64,000 bases of DNA from Naegleria gruberi (taxonomy: Eukaryota): NCBI GenBank assembly GCA_000004985.1, contig GG738858.1; one strand, written 5' to 3'. The notes under the pieces are model-generated. The model made no database searches. It saw only the letters and a list, made by a program, of their open reading frames with translations, and had not been told where the DNA came from. Below are positions 33,594-43,018 of the stretch, one piece after another (position 1 is the stretch's first letter; every line of letters begins with the position of its first letter). Made by a program: the position numbers and the translations under genes.

Positions 33594-33693
33594 CTTGTGC
33601 AAATAAAAAGATTTATTCTTATGGTTTTTAAATAAATAAAAGAATAATTTATTGGGATATGCTTTCAACTACCCTATTGGCATATCAAAATGA

Positions 33694-35049
33694 TTATTTA
33701 GTTTCAAAATTGACCTTCAAGCCCAAATCGTTGGCGTTAACAACAATGGAAGCAATCTTAACAGCTTTTTGAGCAGCATCTTCCAGATTGTCAGCAGGAA
33801 TAACACGAATTCCACTCTTGGCCAAAATATCCTTAGCTTGTTGGACATTAGTACCTTGCAAACGAACAACAACAGGAGCTCTTAATTCAGTTTCCTTCAT
33901 AGCATTAATTAAACCTTGAGCAATAAGGTCACATCTCATAATACCACCAAAAATGTTAACAAGAATAGCTTGCACATGATGGTCATCGTTCAAAATTTTA
34001 AGAGCTTCAACAATTTGATCTTGGGAAGCACCACCACCGACATCCAAAAAGTTGGCTGGATCACCACCATATAATTTGATAATATCCATGGTTGCCATGG
34101 CTAAACCAGCACCATTGACAATACAACCAATATTACCATCAAGACCAATATAATTCAAATCATATTTAGCAGCACGAACATCACGAGGATCTTCTTGAGT
34201 GATATCTTTAAGTGCAAAAAGTTCTTTTTGACGGAAGAAAGCATTGTCATCAATGTTAACTTTAGCATCTGCACAAATAACTTTTCCGTCAGCAGTTTCA
34301 ATGAGAGGATTAATTTCCAAAAGTACAGAGTCTGTCTTCATAAACAAATTGTACAATTTTGTAATTTGGTCAACAGCTTGGTCAAGCAATTCATCACGGA
34401 AACCCAATTTACGAGCTAAACCTTCAGCTTGTGATTTGTGCAATCCTTCCTTTACACTAATAGGAATTGTATGAATTTCTTCAGGACTTTCTCTAGCAAC
34501 ATCTTCAATGGCCATACCACCTTGGGTACTACCAATTAATACAGGTCCACCAGATTGACGATCCAAAAGAATAGCCAAGTATAATTCTCTACGAGCATAT
34601 AATCTTTCTTGAACATAAACCTTGTTACATGGTTTACCTTCAGCACCAGTTTGTTTTGTAACTAGTACTTGTCCTAACATCTTTGATACGTAATCTTCAG
34701 CTTCTCCAATTGAAAGAGCCTTTTGAACACCTCCTTTAAGTCCACTCTTAAATTTACCTCTACCTCTACCACCAGCTAACACTTGAGCCTTGACAATATA
34801 ATCGACATGATTTCCCAATTCAGTGCAGGCCTTCTTGGTTTCTGTTGCACTTGTTAGCACTTTGCCTCTTGGAACGGAAATATCATAACTTCTGAACAAA
34901 TCTTGTGCTTGGTATTCGTGGAGATTGAGAAGACGTTTTTGTGTTGTGTTGGTTGAGATTTGAGAGAGGTTCTTTTTGCCCAATACTCTAAAGATACGAT
35001 TGGATGATGATGAGAACATTTTTTGTTGTTGTTTTTTGTTGTTATTCAA
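33694..35049 (-). CDS. Succinate-CoA ligase beta subunit, mitochondrial
   Basis: 451 aa intronless protein. The ATP-grasp N-terminal domain (LNLHEYQAQDLFRSYDISVPRGKV) and CoA-ligase domain are present, plus a presequence. Confidence 0.9.
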   Translation of the reverse strand: MNNNKKQQQKMFSSSSNRIFRVLGKKNLSQISTNTTQKRLLNLHEYQAQDLFRSYDISVPRGKVLTSATETKKACTELGNHVDYIVKAQVLAGGRGRGKFKSGLKGGVQKALSIGEAEDYVSKMLGQVLVTKQTGAEGKPCNKVYVQERLYARRELYLAILLDRQSGGPVLIGSTQGGMAIEDVARESPEEIHTIPISVKEGLHKSQAEGLARKLGFRDELLDQAVDQITKLYNLFMKTDSVLLEINPLIETADGKVICADAKVNIDDNAFFRQKELFALKDITQEDPRDVRAAKYDLNYIGLDGNIGCIVNGAGLAMATMDIIKLYGGDPANFLDVGGGASQDQIVEALKILNDDHHVQAILVNIFGGIMRCDLIAQGLINAMKETELRAPVVVRLQGTNVQQAKDILAKSGIRVIPADNLEDAAQKAVKIASIVVNANDLGLKVNFETK

Positions 35050-35327
35050 GAATCCCGTTAGCGTATGATAAAGAGGAGCTTTCTTCGCCTTTTCTTACAA
35101 AGTTTTTAGGGCATTGTCGTCATCATTGAGAAACTTCATTTTTGCTTGTTTCACGAAAGTATGCACCTATCAAAGCACATTAGGTGATAGGATATTGTTT
35201 TTTTATCAGTCTTAGAATTAAGAGTTAATTTTGCCTTTTATCTTGTTTTTCAAAACTTAAAACATGGTTATTGTCGTGCAACTTTTAAAATCAATGATAT
35301 AAACTTCGTCAAATCAATTATAAAAAA

Positions 35328-36470
35328 ATGAAAATCTCCATTGCTGTGGTTGGTAGTGGCTTGAGTGCCTTGTCTCTTGTTAAGAAATTAATTTCTAATC
35401 CAAAATCTTCCTCACTTGTTGATGGAATCACACTCTTTGAAAAATCTAGAGGAGTTGGAGGACGAATGGCAACGAGAAGAGCAACATTGGATGGAAAAAC
35501 GGCTTATTTCGATCATGGAGCACAATATTTCACAGTCAGAAGTGAACAATTCAAGGAGCAAGTAAATCAATGGATCGATCAGAAACAAGTAATTTTATGG
35601 GATGATCCTATTGTATCATTAGAGAATGACATGACAATTAGGACAAAATCCGCCCAACTTGGCAGTTTGAGTGATAATAACTCTAACGACTTGATTTCAA
35701 GATATATTTCAACAAGTAATGGTATGAATGCTCTTTGTAAATCAATGAAATCAGAGATTTTAGACACAGCCAAAATTTCAAATGTTTATGTCAATTTTGA
35801 AATGGAAAAACTTGTGAAAACAATCTCAAAAGACATCAGTGGAAAGTGGAAAGTTGGGCTAGTTGACTCGATTTATGAACAGTTATTCGATTTAATAATA
35901 CTTAGTTGCCCTCCAGAACAAACAGCACAATTACTTCAAACAACAGAGCATCCAACCAATTTGTTAACTAAAGTTGAGAAAATGGAAATGTATCCATGTT
36001 GGTCAATGATGATTTCTTTCCCAACAAAACTTAATCAATCAACCATTAAGGGAGGAGCATTTGTTAATATGGATAATTGTTCTATATCTTGGATATGCAA
36101 TCAATCAAGCAGAAACAATGAGCAACAAGATAGAGAGATGTGGGTTGTTCATGCTTCCAAATACTGGTCTTCTACCAATTTAGAAAAATCCAGTACTGAA
36201 GTTCAACATATTCTATTCAATGATTTTATGAAACTATTAGAACGTTTTGAAAACAAGAATGGGTCTGAAATTATTACACAAGCTGCTGATCATGTCAATG
36301 TTCATAGATGGAGATATTCTATTCCATTTTCAACAAATTCAACCTACTCTGTAAGTGAATGGTATAATGATGGAATTGCCTGTATTGGTGATTGGACACA
36401 ACAGGGAAGAGTCGAAGGGGCTTACTTAAGTGGAGTTGAAATGGCTGATTTCTTAATTTCAAAATTGTAG
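35328..36470 (+). CDS. Renalase-like FAD-dependent amine oxidase
   Basis: 380 aa. It has a Rossmann MKISIAVVGSGLSALS, the GGRMATRR...DHGAQYFT motif typical of the renalase/COG3380 family, and a C-terminal HRWRYS. Confidence 0.6.
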   Translation: MKISIAVVGSGLSALSLVKKLISNPKSSSLVDGITLFEKSRGVGGRMATRRATLDGKTAYFDHGAQYFTVRSEQFKEQVNQWIDQKQVILWDDPIVSLENDMTIRTKSAQLGSLSDNNSNDLISRYISTSNGMNALCKSMKSEILDTAKISNVYVNFEMEKLVKTISKDISGKWKVGLVDSIYEQLFDLIILSCPPEQTAQLLQTTEHPTNLLTKVEKMEMYPCWSMMISFPTKLNQSTIKGGAFVNMDNCSISWICNQSSRNNEQQDREMWVVHASKYWSSTNLEKSSTEVQHILFNDFMKLLERFENKNGSEIITQAADHVNVHRWRYSIPFSTNSTYSVSEWYNDGIACIGDWTQQGRVEGAYLSGVEMADFLISKL

Positions 36471-36496
36471 TTTATTTCAGTTTGTTTTTTAATAAT

Positions 36497-37873
36497 TTAA
36501 TTCTTCTTCAATAAAGCTTCAACACTTTCACGGAAAACTCTAGTATGGACATCAACATCTTCTTCAGTATGGTTAACACAAATTAAAGCCATGTTGTGGA
36601 ATGGTGTCATCAAAATACCACGATTAAGGGCATACAAGTGCATATATTGGTCCAATTCAAAGTCACAAACAGCAGCAGCTTCTCCACCATTGACTGGTTC
36701 GGTTGGTCTAAACCAATATTCAGTACGACAACCAAGACGTTTAACAATCCAAGGTAAATTGAAATCAGCAATAACCTGCTCAACACCTTCACAGAATTTC
36801 TTTGCCAGAGCAATGGTATATTCATAATTTTCTGGTGTAAGAATATTTTCCAATGTTGCACGCATTGCAGAAACTGAAAGAGCATTACCAGCCAAAGTAC
36901 CACCAATACCACCAACATCAATACCTTCAAGTTGAACAGTTTCAGATAAACGTCTGGCAACTTCGTGACTCAAACCATAAACAGCAGTTGGAACACCACT
37001 ACCAATAGCCTTACCAATAGTGAACAAATCTGGCTTTAATCCTAATTCCTTAGTCAAACCTCCTGGACCAGCAGAGATGGTATGAGTTTCGTCGATAATC
37101 AAAAGAGTACCATATTTAGTAGTGAGTTCACGGAGCTTATCTAAAAATCCTGGTTGTGGGAGAACAATACCAATGTTTGTCATGGCTGGTTCACACAAAA
37201 CAGCAGCAACATCACCAGGAGCCAAAGCTCTTTCCAAAGCTTCAACATCATTAAATTCAACAACCTTTGTGGTATTTGTTGGATTGGTTTGTGGACCAAT
37301 ATTTGTAGCACGACATTCAGCAGTAACACCATCATCAGCAAGGGTGACAAAAGCTTCATCAACAGTTCCGTGATAGCAATAGTTGAAAACAAGGATCTTT
37401 GGACGTTTGGTAATATGTCTAGCAATACGTAAAGTGAATCTGTTGGCATCAGTTGCAGAAACAGCAACTTGCCAGTATGGAAGACCAAAACGCTTCTTTA
37501 AATCATCACCAACCCAAATTGCATTTTCGTTTGGTAACATATAAGTAATACCATTATTTAATTGTTTTGAAACAAAATCAACGACAACATCAGGAGAGTG
37601 GCCAGTCATGGAACCAGTATCACCAAGGCAAAAATCGATAAATTTAACATCATCCAAGTCGGTAAAGTGACCTCCTTTAGCTTGTTTAACAAACAATGGA
37701 TGACCACCAGTCCACTTCTTCATCCAGTGCATTGGTACACCATCAAGAAGAGAGTTCTTAGCTCTTTCAAAGGCGTCACGACACTTTGGGTGATTCTTCA
37801 AGAACAAAGCTTCTTCTTCAGCATAGAGCTTCTTGAGATGTTCTCTATCGATTTGAACAAGTTGTTGAGACAT
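36497..37873 (-). CDS. Class III PLP-dependent aminotransferase, glutamate-1-semialdehyde aminomutase-like
   Basis: 458 aa intronless protein. It carries GSA-AT-like motifs ATDANRFTLRIARHITKRPKILVFNYCYHG, DETHT and the PLP-lysine TIGKAIGSG. Codons are strongly biased (C-ending), like the other highly expressed genes here. Confidence 0.7.
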   Translation of the reverse strand: MSQQLVQIDREHLKKLYAEEEALFLKNHPKCRDAFERAKNSLLDGVPMHWMKKWTGGHPLFVKQAKGGHFTDLDDVKFIDFCLGDTGSMTGHSPDVVVDFVSKQLNNGITYMLPNENAIWVGDDLKKRFGLPYWQVAVSATDANRFTLRIARHITKRPKILVFNYCYHGTVDEAFVTLADDGVTAECRATNIGPQTNPTNTTKVVEFNDVEALERALAPGDVAAVLCEPAMTNIGIVLPQPGFLDKLRELTTKYGTLLIIDETHTISAGPGGLTKELGLKPDLFTIGKAIGSGVPTAVYGLSHEVARRLSETVQLEGIDVGGIGGTLAGNALSVSAMRATLENILTPENYEYTIALAKKFCEGVEQVIADFNLPWIVKRLGCRTEYWFRPTEPVNGGEAAAVCDFELDQYMHLYALNRGILMTPFHNMALICVNHTEEDVDVHTRVFRESVEALLKKN

Positions 37874-37961
37874 TCGCGGCGAGAGTGTTTGGAGATTTTT
37901 TTTGGTCGATTCGGTGGAACAATTGTTTACAATTTTTCAAAACCGATTCTTCCAATATAAA

Positions 37962-39555
37962 ATGCCTACACATCAGCCAAGCGCAAGTTTCTCCAACCAC
38001 GAATCTCTGGAGATCTCTAACCCGCAAGTCTTGCCATCCACTCCAATTGCTGTTGATTGCGAAGAAAGCAATTTTTTCCAAGACCACAAGAAAAATCCAT
38101 CTAAACATTATGTAATTGTTATGGTAGGATTGCCAGCTAGAGGAAAATCCTACATTGCCAGACAGCTAACCAAATATTTGAACTGGTTGAATATTGATTG
38201 TTCAATTTTTAATGCTGGAGAGAAAAGAAGAGAAATGCTAGGAGCTGGGCAATCTTCTTTCTTCTGGGATAAGAACAATTCAGAAGGGCAAGAACAAAGA
38301 AAGAGGATTGGTCTTGTTACTCTTCAAGAGTTGATTGATTGGTTAATGTTGGATGAAACTGAAAACGAGGAATCCTCAAAGAAAATGAAATATGGTGGTG
38401 GGAATTGTGCTGAGGAATATACAAAAAGAGAGATCAAATGTGCAATTTTTGACGCAACAAACACAACCAGAGAACGAAGACAAATGATTATTGATCATTT
38501 GACAGACAAAAATCTACCAAGACCTTTGGAGCCAAATCATATTATTTTTGTGGAATCTATCTGTAACAATCCACAAATTATTGAAGCCAATGTAAGGGAT
38601 ATTAAAATCAAGTCTTCAGATTACAAAGGTGTTTCTGCAGAACAAGCAATTAACGATTTTATGCAAAGAATCAAAGCCTATGAACAAGTATATGAAACTA
38701 TTTCAGACGATGAGGAAAAGAGATTAAGTTATATTCAAATGATAGATATTGGTAAAAAATTCATCCTTAATAGAATTGGTGGATATGTACCTGGAAAAAT
38801 TAATCAGTGTTTAATGAACATTCATTTAGCTCCAAGAGTAATATGGCTTTCAAGACATGGAGAAAGTATGGATAATACAATGGGATTGTTAGGAGGAGAT
38901 TCAAACTTGACTGAAAAAGGTCAATGCTATGCTAAAGTATTATATAGATTTGTTAAGAGGATGCAAGAAGAGAGAAGGAATCAAGAAATATCAATCGAAA
39001 AACCACAATTGGACAATATGATGGTTTGGACTAGTCTTTTAAAAAGAACACAACAGACATCCTTCCATTTTAAACATGATGAAAACTTCAAAGTTGTTCG
39101 TTGGAGATGCTTAAATGAGCTAGATGCTGGCGTTTGTGAAGGAATGACATATGAAAGAGTGAAAGAAGAGCTTCCTCATGAATATGAGGCCAGAGAGGCT
39201 GACAAATTCAGATACAGACCACAAAACGGAGAAAGTTATTTAGATATGATTTATAGAATTGAACCAGCCATTGCTGAACTAGAAAGACAGAGATGCCCTC
39301 TTTTAATAATTGGTAGGTTTATTTTAGGTTTAATTTTCAATTAATCAATACTCTCAAAAAGGTCATCAAGCTGTAAATCGTATATTGTATTCATATCTCA
39401 CTGGACTACGTCCAGAAACTTGCACAAGACTTCCAATTCCATTAAACACAGTTATTGAAATAATCCCTAACGCATATGGGGTGGAGGAAAAGAGATACGA
39501 TTTAAATCAAGAGGTACAAAAAGAATACGAATTAATTATGTCTCAAAAGAAATAA
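37962..39555 (+). CDS. 6-phosphofructo-2-kinase / fructose-2,6-bisphosphatase
   Basis: Two exons at ~37962..39312 and 39362..39555 with a 49-nt intron GTAGGT...CAAAAAG. It has a kinase P-loop VIVMVGLPARGKSYIARQLTKYLNW and a phosphatase RHGES (IWLSRHGESMDNTMG). The splice restores LLIIG|HQAVNRILYSYLTG. Confidence 0.85.
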
Positions 39556-39556
39556 T

Positions 39557-40552
39557 TTAATTTTTGGTCTCTTTTGAAATTTGTAAGGGAATTGGAAGAT
39601 TTCTTCTCATCATCATTTTGCTTTTTTTACATTCAGTTATTACACAAAGAGTGTGGAACCAATTATTAAATATTCCCTTATTATAGTTTCTCTTATTCTT
39701 GTTAACGTATTCATAAGTTGTTTGACCAGAAGAAATTAGAAACGAATGGAACACACTTAATGATCCAACAAAAAATTGTGAAAGGAAAATGTAAATCATA
39801 ATAATAATTCCTCCAATTGAATATCTTATTGAATTCGAAACCTTATCCAAAACCACATCATTCAAATTAAAATAATATATCCAAACTAGAACTGTGTGAG
39901 CCACACAAACCAAAATCACAAACCATGAAGTGATAGTGGTACTAAAAATAAATAATATGAATGATCTGTAGTTTCGTCTGCCAATACAAGTGCCAGTCCA
40001 AGGACAGTGATGATCAAACTTTTCTACACAATTATCACATCTCCTGCAATGAGAGGCCCTTGGGGGACGATATATTTCACACGTAGCACAGTATTTAAGC
40101 TCAACAACGTCCTTGCTGTTTAAATAAACTTTTTGGAAGGGTGGAGGTTCCATTTTTCTTGAATTGTTTTCGATTGCACCTGCAATGTTTTTGTCAAAGT
40201 ATTTTCTTCTTGGAATAATGCCTGGATCCGTAAAGCTTGTATAGAATAGGCCAACCATCATCAATATAAATCCAATCAAAGGTAAAACTAACAACACAAC
40301 CCCAACAGCAGGATGAATGAACAAAATAAAGTGTGGCATTATTACAGGGCCATAGGCTATTGCAGGGAGAAAAATTAAAACAAGTGTAATAATGAACAAT
40401 TTTCTATCGGGCCCGAGAATCAATCTTCCTTGACAACAAAGTGTATTATTTCCTATCCATCCTTCATATAACTTTAATGTTGTGTTGGCTATGATGTTTG
40501 TGGCTTCGGAATGTTCTGCATCTTGCTTTTGTTCTAACGCGACTGTGCTCAT
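39557..40552 (-). CDS. DHHC-type protein S-palmitoyltransferase
   Basis: The DHHC-CRD reads CATCEIYRPPRASHCRRCDNCVEKFDHHCPWTGTCIGRRNY, flanked by 4 TMs. I propose the true ATG at 40552 (MSTVALEQ...); the track start at 40567 is a TTG. Confidence 0.8.
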   Translation of the reverse strand: MSTVALEQKQDAEHSEATNIIANTTLKLYEGWIGNNTLCCQGRLILGPDRKLFIITLVLIFLPAIAYGPVIMPHFILFIHPAVGVVLLVLPLIGFILMMVGLFYTSFTDPGIIPRRKYFDKNIAGAIENNSRKMEPPPFQKVYLNSKDVVELKYCATCEIYRPPRASHCRRCDNCVEKFDHHCPWTGTCIGRRNYRSFILFIFSTTITSWFVILVCVAHTVLVWIYYFNLNDVVLDKVSNSIRYSIGGIIIMIYIFLSQFFVGSLSVFHSFLISSGQTTYEYVNKNKRNYNKGIFNNWFHTLCVITECKKSKMMMRRNLPIPLQISKETKN

Positions 40553-40571
40553 TTTTACTCTGCACAAAAAA

Positions 40572-41411
40572 ATGGGGAAACACGCACAACTAGTGATTGG
40601 ACCTGCTGGCTCCGGAAAATCGACTTATTGCCAAACAATTCAAGAACATGGTAACAATACAAAGAGAGTTATTCATGTTGTAAATTTAGATCCTGCGGCT
40701 GAGGAGTTTAAATATCAATGTGCATTTGATATTCGTGACTTGGTAACATTGGAGGATGTCATGGAGGAGTTTCAACTTGGTCCGAACGGAGGTCTAGTTT
40801 ACTGTATGGAATATTTAATGCAAAATTTAGAAGATTGGTTCTCGGAAGAATTGAGTGATTATGAGAATGACTATTTAATCTTTGATTGTCCAGGTCAAAT
40901 TGAACTTTACAGTCATGTACCAATCATGCAGTTATTTGTAAAGGAGTTGGAACGAAGAGGATATAGGGTTTGTTGTGTCTATTGTATGGACGTACAATTT
41001 ATAGAAGATGTTACAAAATATATCAGTGGTATTACCCAGGCCCTTTCTGCAATGATTCAATTCGAGACTCCTCATGTCAATATTTTCACAAAATGTGATA
41101 CTCTAAAAGGAAATAAGGAAAGATCAAACATTTTAGAAAAGCTAAAAGTTCCTGACAAAACTGAGCTTCTCTACGCTTTAGAGAAAGAAACCAATCCCCA
41201 TAAGAGAAATTCATCTTTCTCCAAACTCAATCATGCAATTGTTTCATTAATTGACAACTTCAACATGGTTGGATTTCTTGAATTGGATATTACTGATGAA
41301 GAATCGATAGAATACATCCTCTCCTATGTTGATATGACTATTCAGTATGGTGAAGATGAAGAGGCAAAGGAACCAAAAGAAGAAACAGAAGAAAGCACTC
41401 AAGATGAATAA
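40572..41411 (+). CDS. GPN3: GPN-loop GTPase 3
   Basis: MGKHAQLVIGPAGSGKSTYC...VVNLDPAAE...GPNGGLVYCMEY, colinear with GPN3 and with an acidic C-terminus. Its start lies 19 bp from the divergent DHHC gene start. Confidence 0.85.
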   Translation: MGKHAQLVIGPAGSGKSTYCQTIQEHGNNTKRVIHVVNLDPAAEEFKYQCAFDIRDLVTLEDVMEEFQLGPNGGLVYCMEYLMQNLEDWFSEELSDYENDYLIFDCPGQIELYSHVPIMQLFVKELERRGYRVCCVYCMDVQFIEDVTKYISGITQALSAMIQFETPHVNIFTKCDTLKGNKERSNILEKLKVPDKTELLYALEKETNPHKRNSSFSKLNHAIVSLIDNFNMVGFLELDITDEESIEYILSYVDMTIQYGEDEEAKEPKEETEESTQDE

Positions 41412-41425
41412 ATTAATTCATCAGG

Positions 41426-42901
41426 TTAACTTTTTACTACGCTCTTTTTACTACATTGATTCCACCTGATGTGACTGTTCCAGTGAACCAATTTGCATGG
41501 TGATTGTATTTTGATATCTGACTGTTCCTGTTTGTGTAAGTTAGATCCTGATATTGGATCTTTACAAATATCACAAAGAACCTTAACGCCACCAGCAAAT
41601 TGTTGAAGCTCAGTTGCTAGTTCAGGTGTTATATCCGAAATATTTGAATAATTTCTGTGAATATGTAAGAGTTCTTTCTTTAGAGTCTCATTCATTGGTA
41701 ATTTTGGTAATGGTAGAGTATAAAGGAGAAGAGACATGATAATATCTAGCTTTGGAGTTTTGTAAAAAGGATATTTGGTTGAACTCGCATCTAAATGGTC
41801 TTTGATCATCTTGTACATTTCTAATTCTTTCATATTGTTGATAAGATCAAAGAAAATATACTTGTGTTGTACGCATGTGGACAATTCATTCAATAAGGTA
41901 TCACAGAATGAAAATAATAAATCTCTAACAACTCTGGATTTTGACTCCAAACCAGTAGGATTGTACATTATTGATGGAACACTGTACATACACGACTGTA
42001 TTTCAGGATCTGTTTCTCTTTCATAATCTTCTAACCTTATAATCTGATCCATGTATTCATTAAGAGTTGTTGCCTTTAGCAATTGTTCTCTTCTTGTTGG
42101 TAGATAATCATTCAATAAAAATAGACAAAATCGTCTCCAACTCATAGATGCATTTGATTTGAAGAGACGATAAAACATTGAACTTGCATTTTCAGAAGGT
42201 CTCATTGTAAAGTATCCACGCTTATTATTTGTTTGCTTGTCTATCAAAATCATGGCCTCATACAATTTCTCAACTGAAACCCAATAGGATGGATACTTGA
42301 ATCTTGCAACATCCAATAATAAAACCATATCTTCATCAGGATTATATCCTCCAATAGGACTGAAGTGGCCATCACCTGTTTGATCTAGTGCTTTTCTTGA
42401 AAAGTTTACAACAATATGAAACTTTTGATGTTTACATGAATCAATAATATGCTGTCTAAATTGTTCAATAGTACTATTTCTGAATAACTGAACATCAAGT
42501 CCAGAACAAACAGAAAGGCACCAAAATTGTTCCATCTGCAAACCTTTGGTTAATACTTGGTCTCCAGAAACACAACAATTCATTAACAGATTTTCATCAT
42601 AATATCTCCAAACACCTTTCCAAACTTGATTTGGATCACATTGTAAAGCATTTAAAATCATACTTAAACTTCCTAACCCGCAAAAAGCAGGTTCTTGTTG
42701 GGTGTGGAACTGTTCAGCTAATGAAAAATAATTTTCCATATATTGTTGTTTTAAACTTGATCTAAATAATTCTCTTCCTTTTTCCGAACTGAATGGTATT
42801 AATTTGTCAGATAATTTTCTCTTGTAAAACGAAACAGCACAAGTTGGTGCTGATTTAAAAGACCTCAAAACTTGAGTCGATTTAAATAAATTATTTGTCA
42901 T
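41426..42901 (-). CDS. Phytochelatin synthase (glutathione gamma-glutamylcysteinyltransferase)
   Basis: 491 aa intronless protein. The N-terminal papain-like domain has FYKRKL, IPFSS, the catalytic EPAFCGLGSLSMILNAL, GHFSPIGGY and DVARFKYPSYWV; a Cys-containing C-terminal domain follows. Confidence 0.8.
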   Translation of the reverse strand: MTNNLFKSTQVLRSFKSAPTCAVSFYKRKLSDKLIPFSSEKGRELFRSSLKQQYMENYFSLAEQFHTQQEPAFCGLGSLSMILNALQCDPNQVWKGVWRYYDENLLMNCCVSGDQVLTKGLQMEQFWCLSVCSGLDVQLFRNSTIEQFRQHIIDSCKHQKFHIVVNFSRKALDQTGDGHFSPIGGYNPDEDMVLLLDVARFKYPSYWVSVEKLYEAMILIDKQTNNKRGYFTMRPSENASSMFYRLFKSNASMSWRRFCLFLLNDYLPTRREQLLKATTLNEYMDQIIRLEDYERETDPEIQSCMYSVPSIMYNPTGLESKSRVVRDLLFSFCDTLLNELSTCVQHKYIFFDLINNMKELEMYKMIKDHLDASSTKYPFYKTPKLDIIMSLLLYTLPLPKLPMNETLKKELLHIHRNYSNISDITPELATELQQFAGGVKVLCDICKDPISGSNLHKQEQSDIKIQSPCKLVHWNSHIRWNQCSKKSVVKS

Positions 42902-43018
42902 TCCGAGTTATTGAACAATTTTTCAATACAGCATATGCGACTGGATGAATGCTATTTTTTTAAAATTTGAAAATGCAAAATGGACTCCATCACGCTTTCA
43001 ATCAATCGAAAAAAAAAA

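Noticed and set aside
36497-37873. Calling the aminotransferase a recent bacterial horizontal transfer on the basis of its higher GC
   Set aside because: The GC and codon pattern matches the other highly expressed native genes (SAM synthetase, succinyl-CoA ligase), so composition gives no evidence of foreign origin. Only phylogeny could show that.
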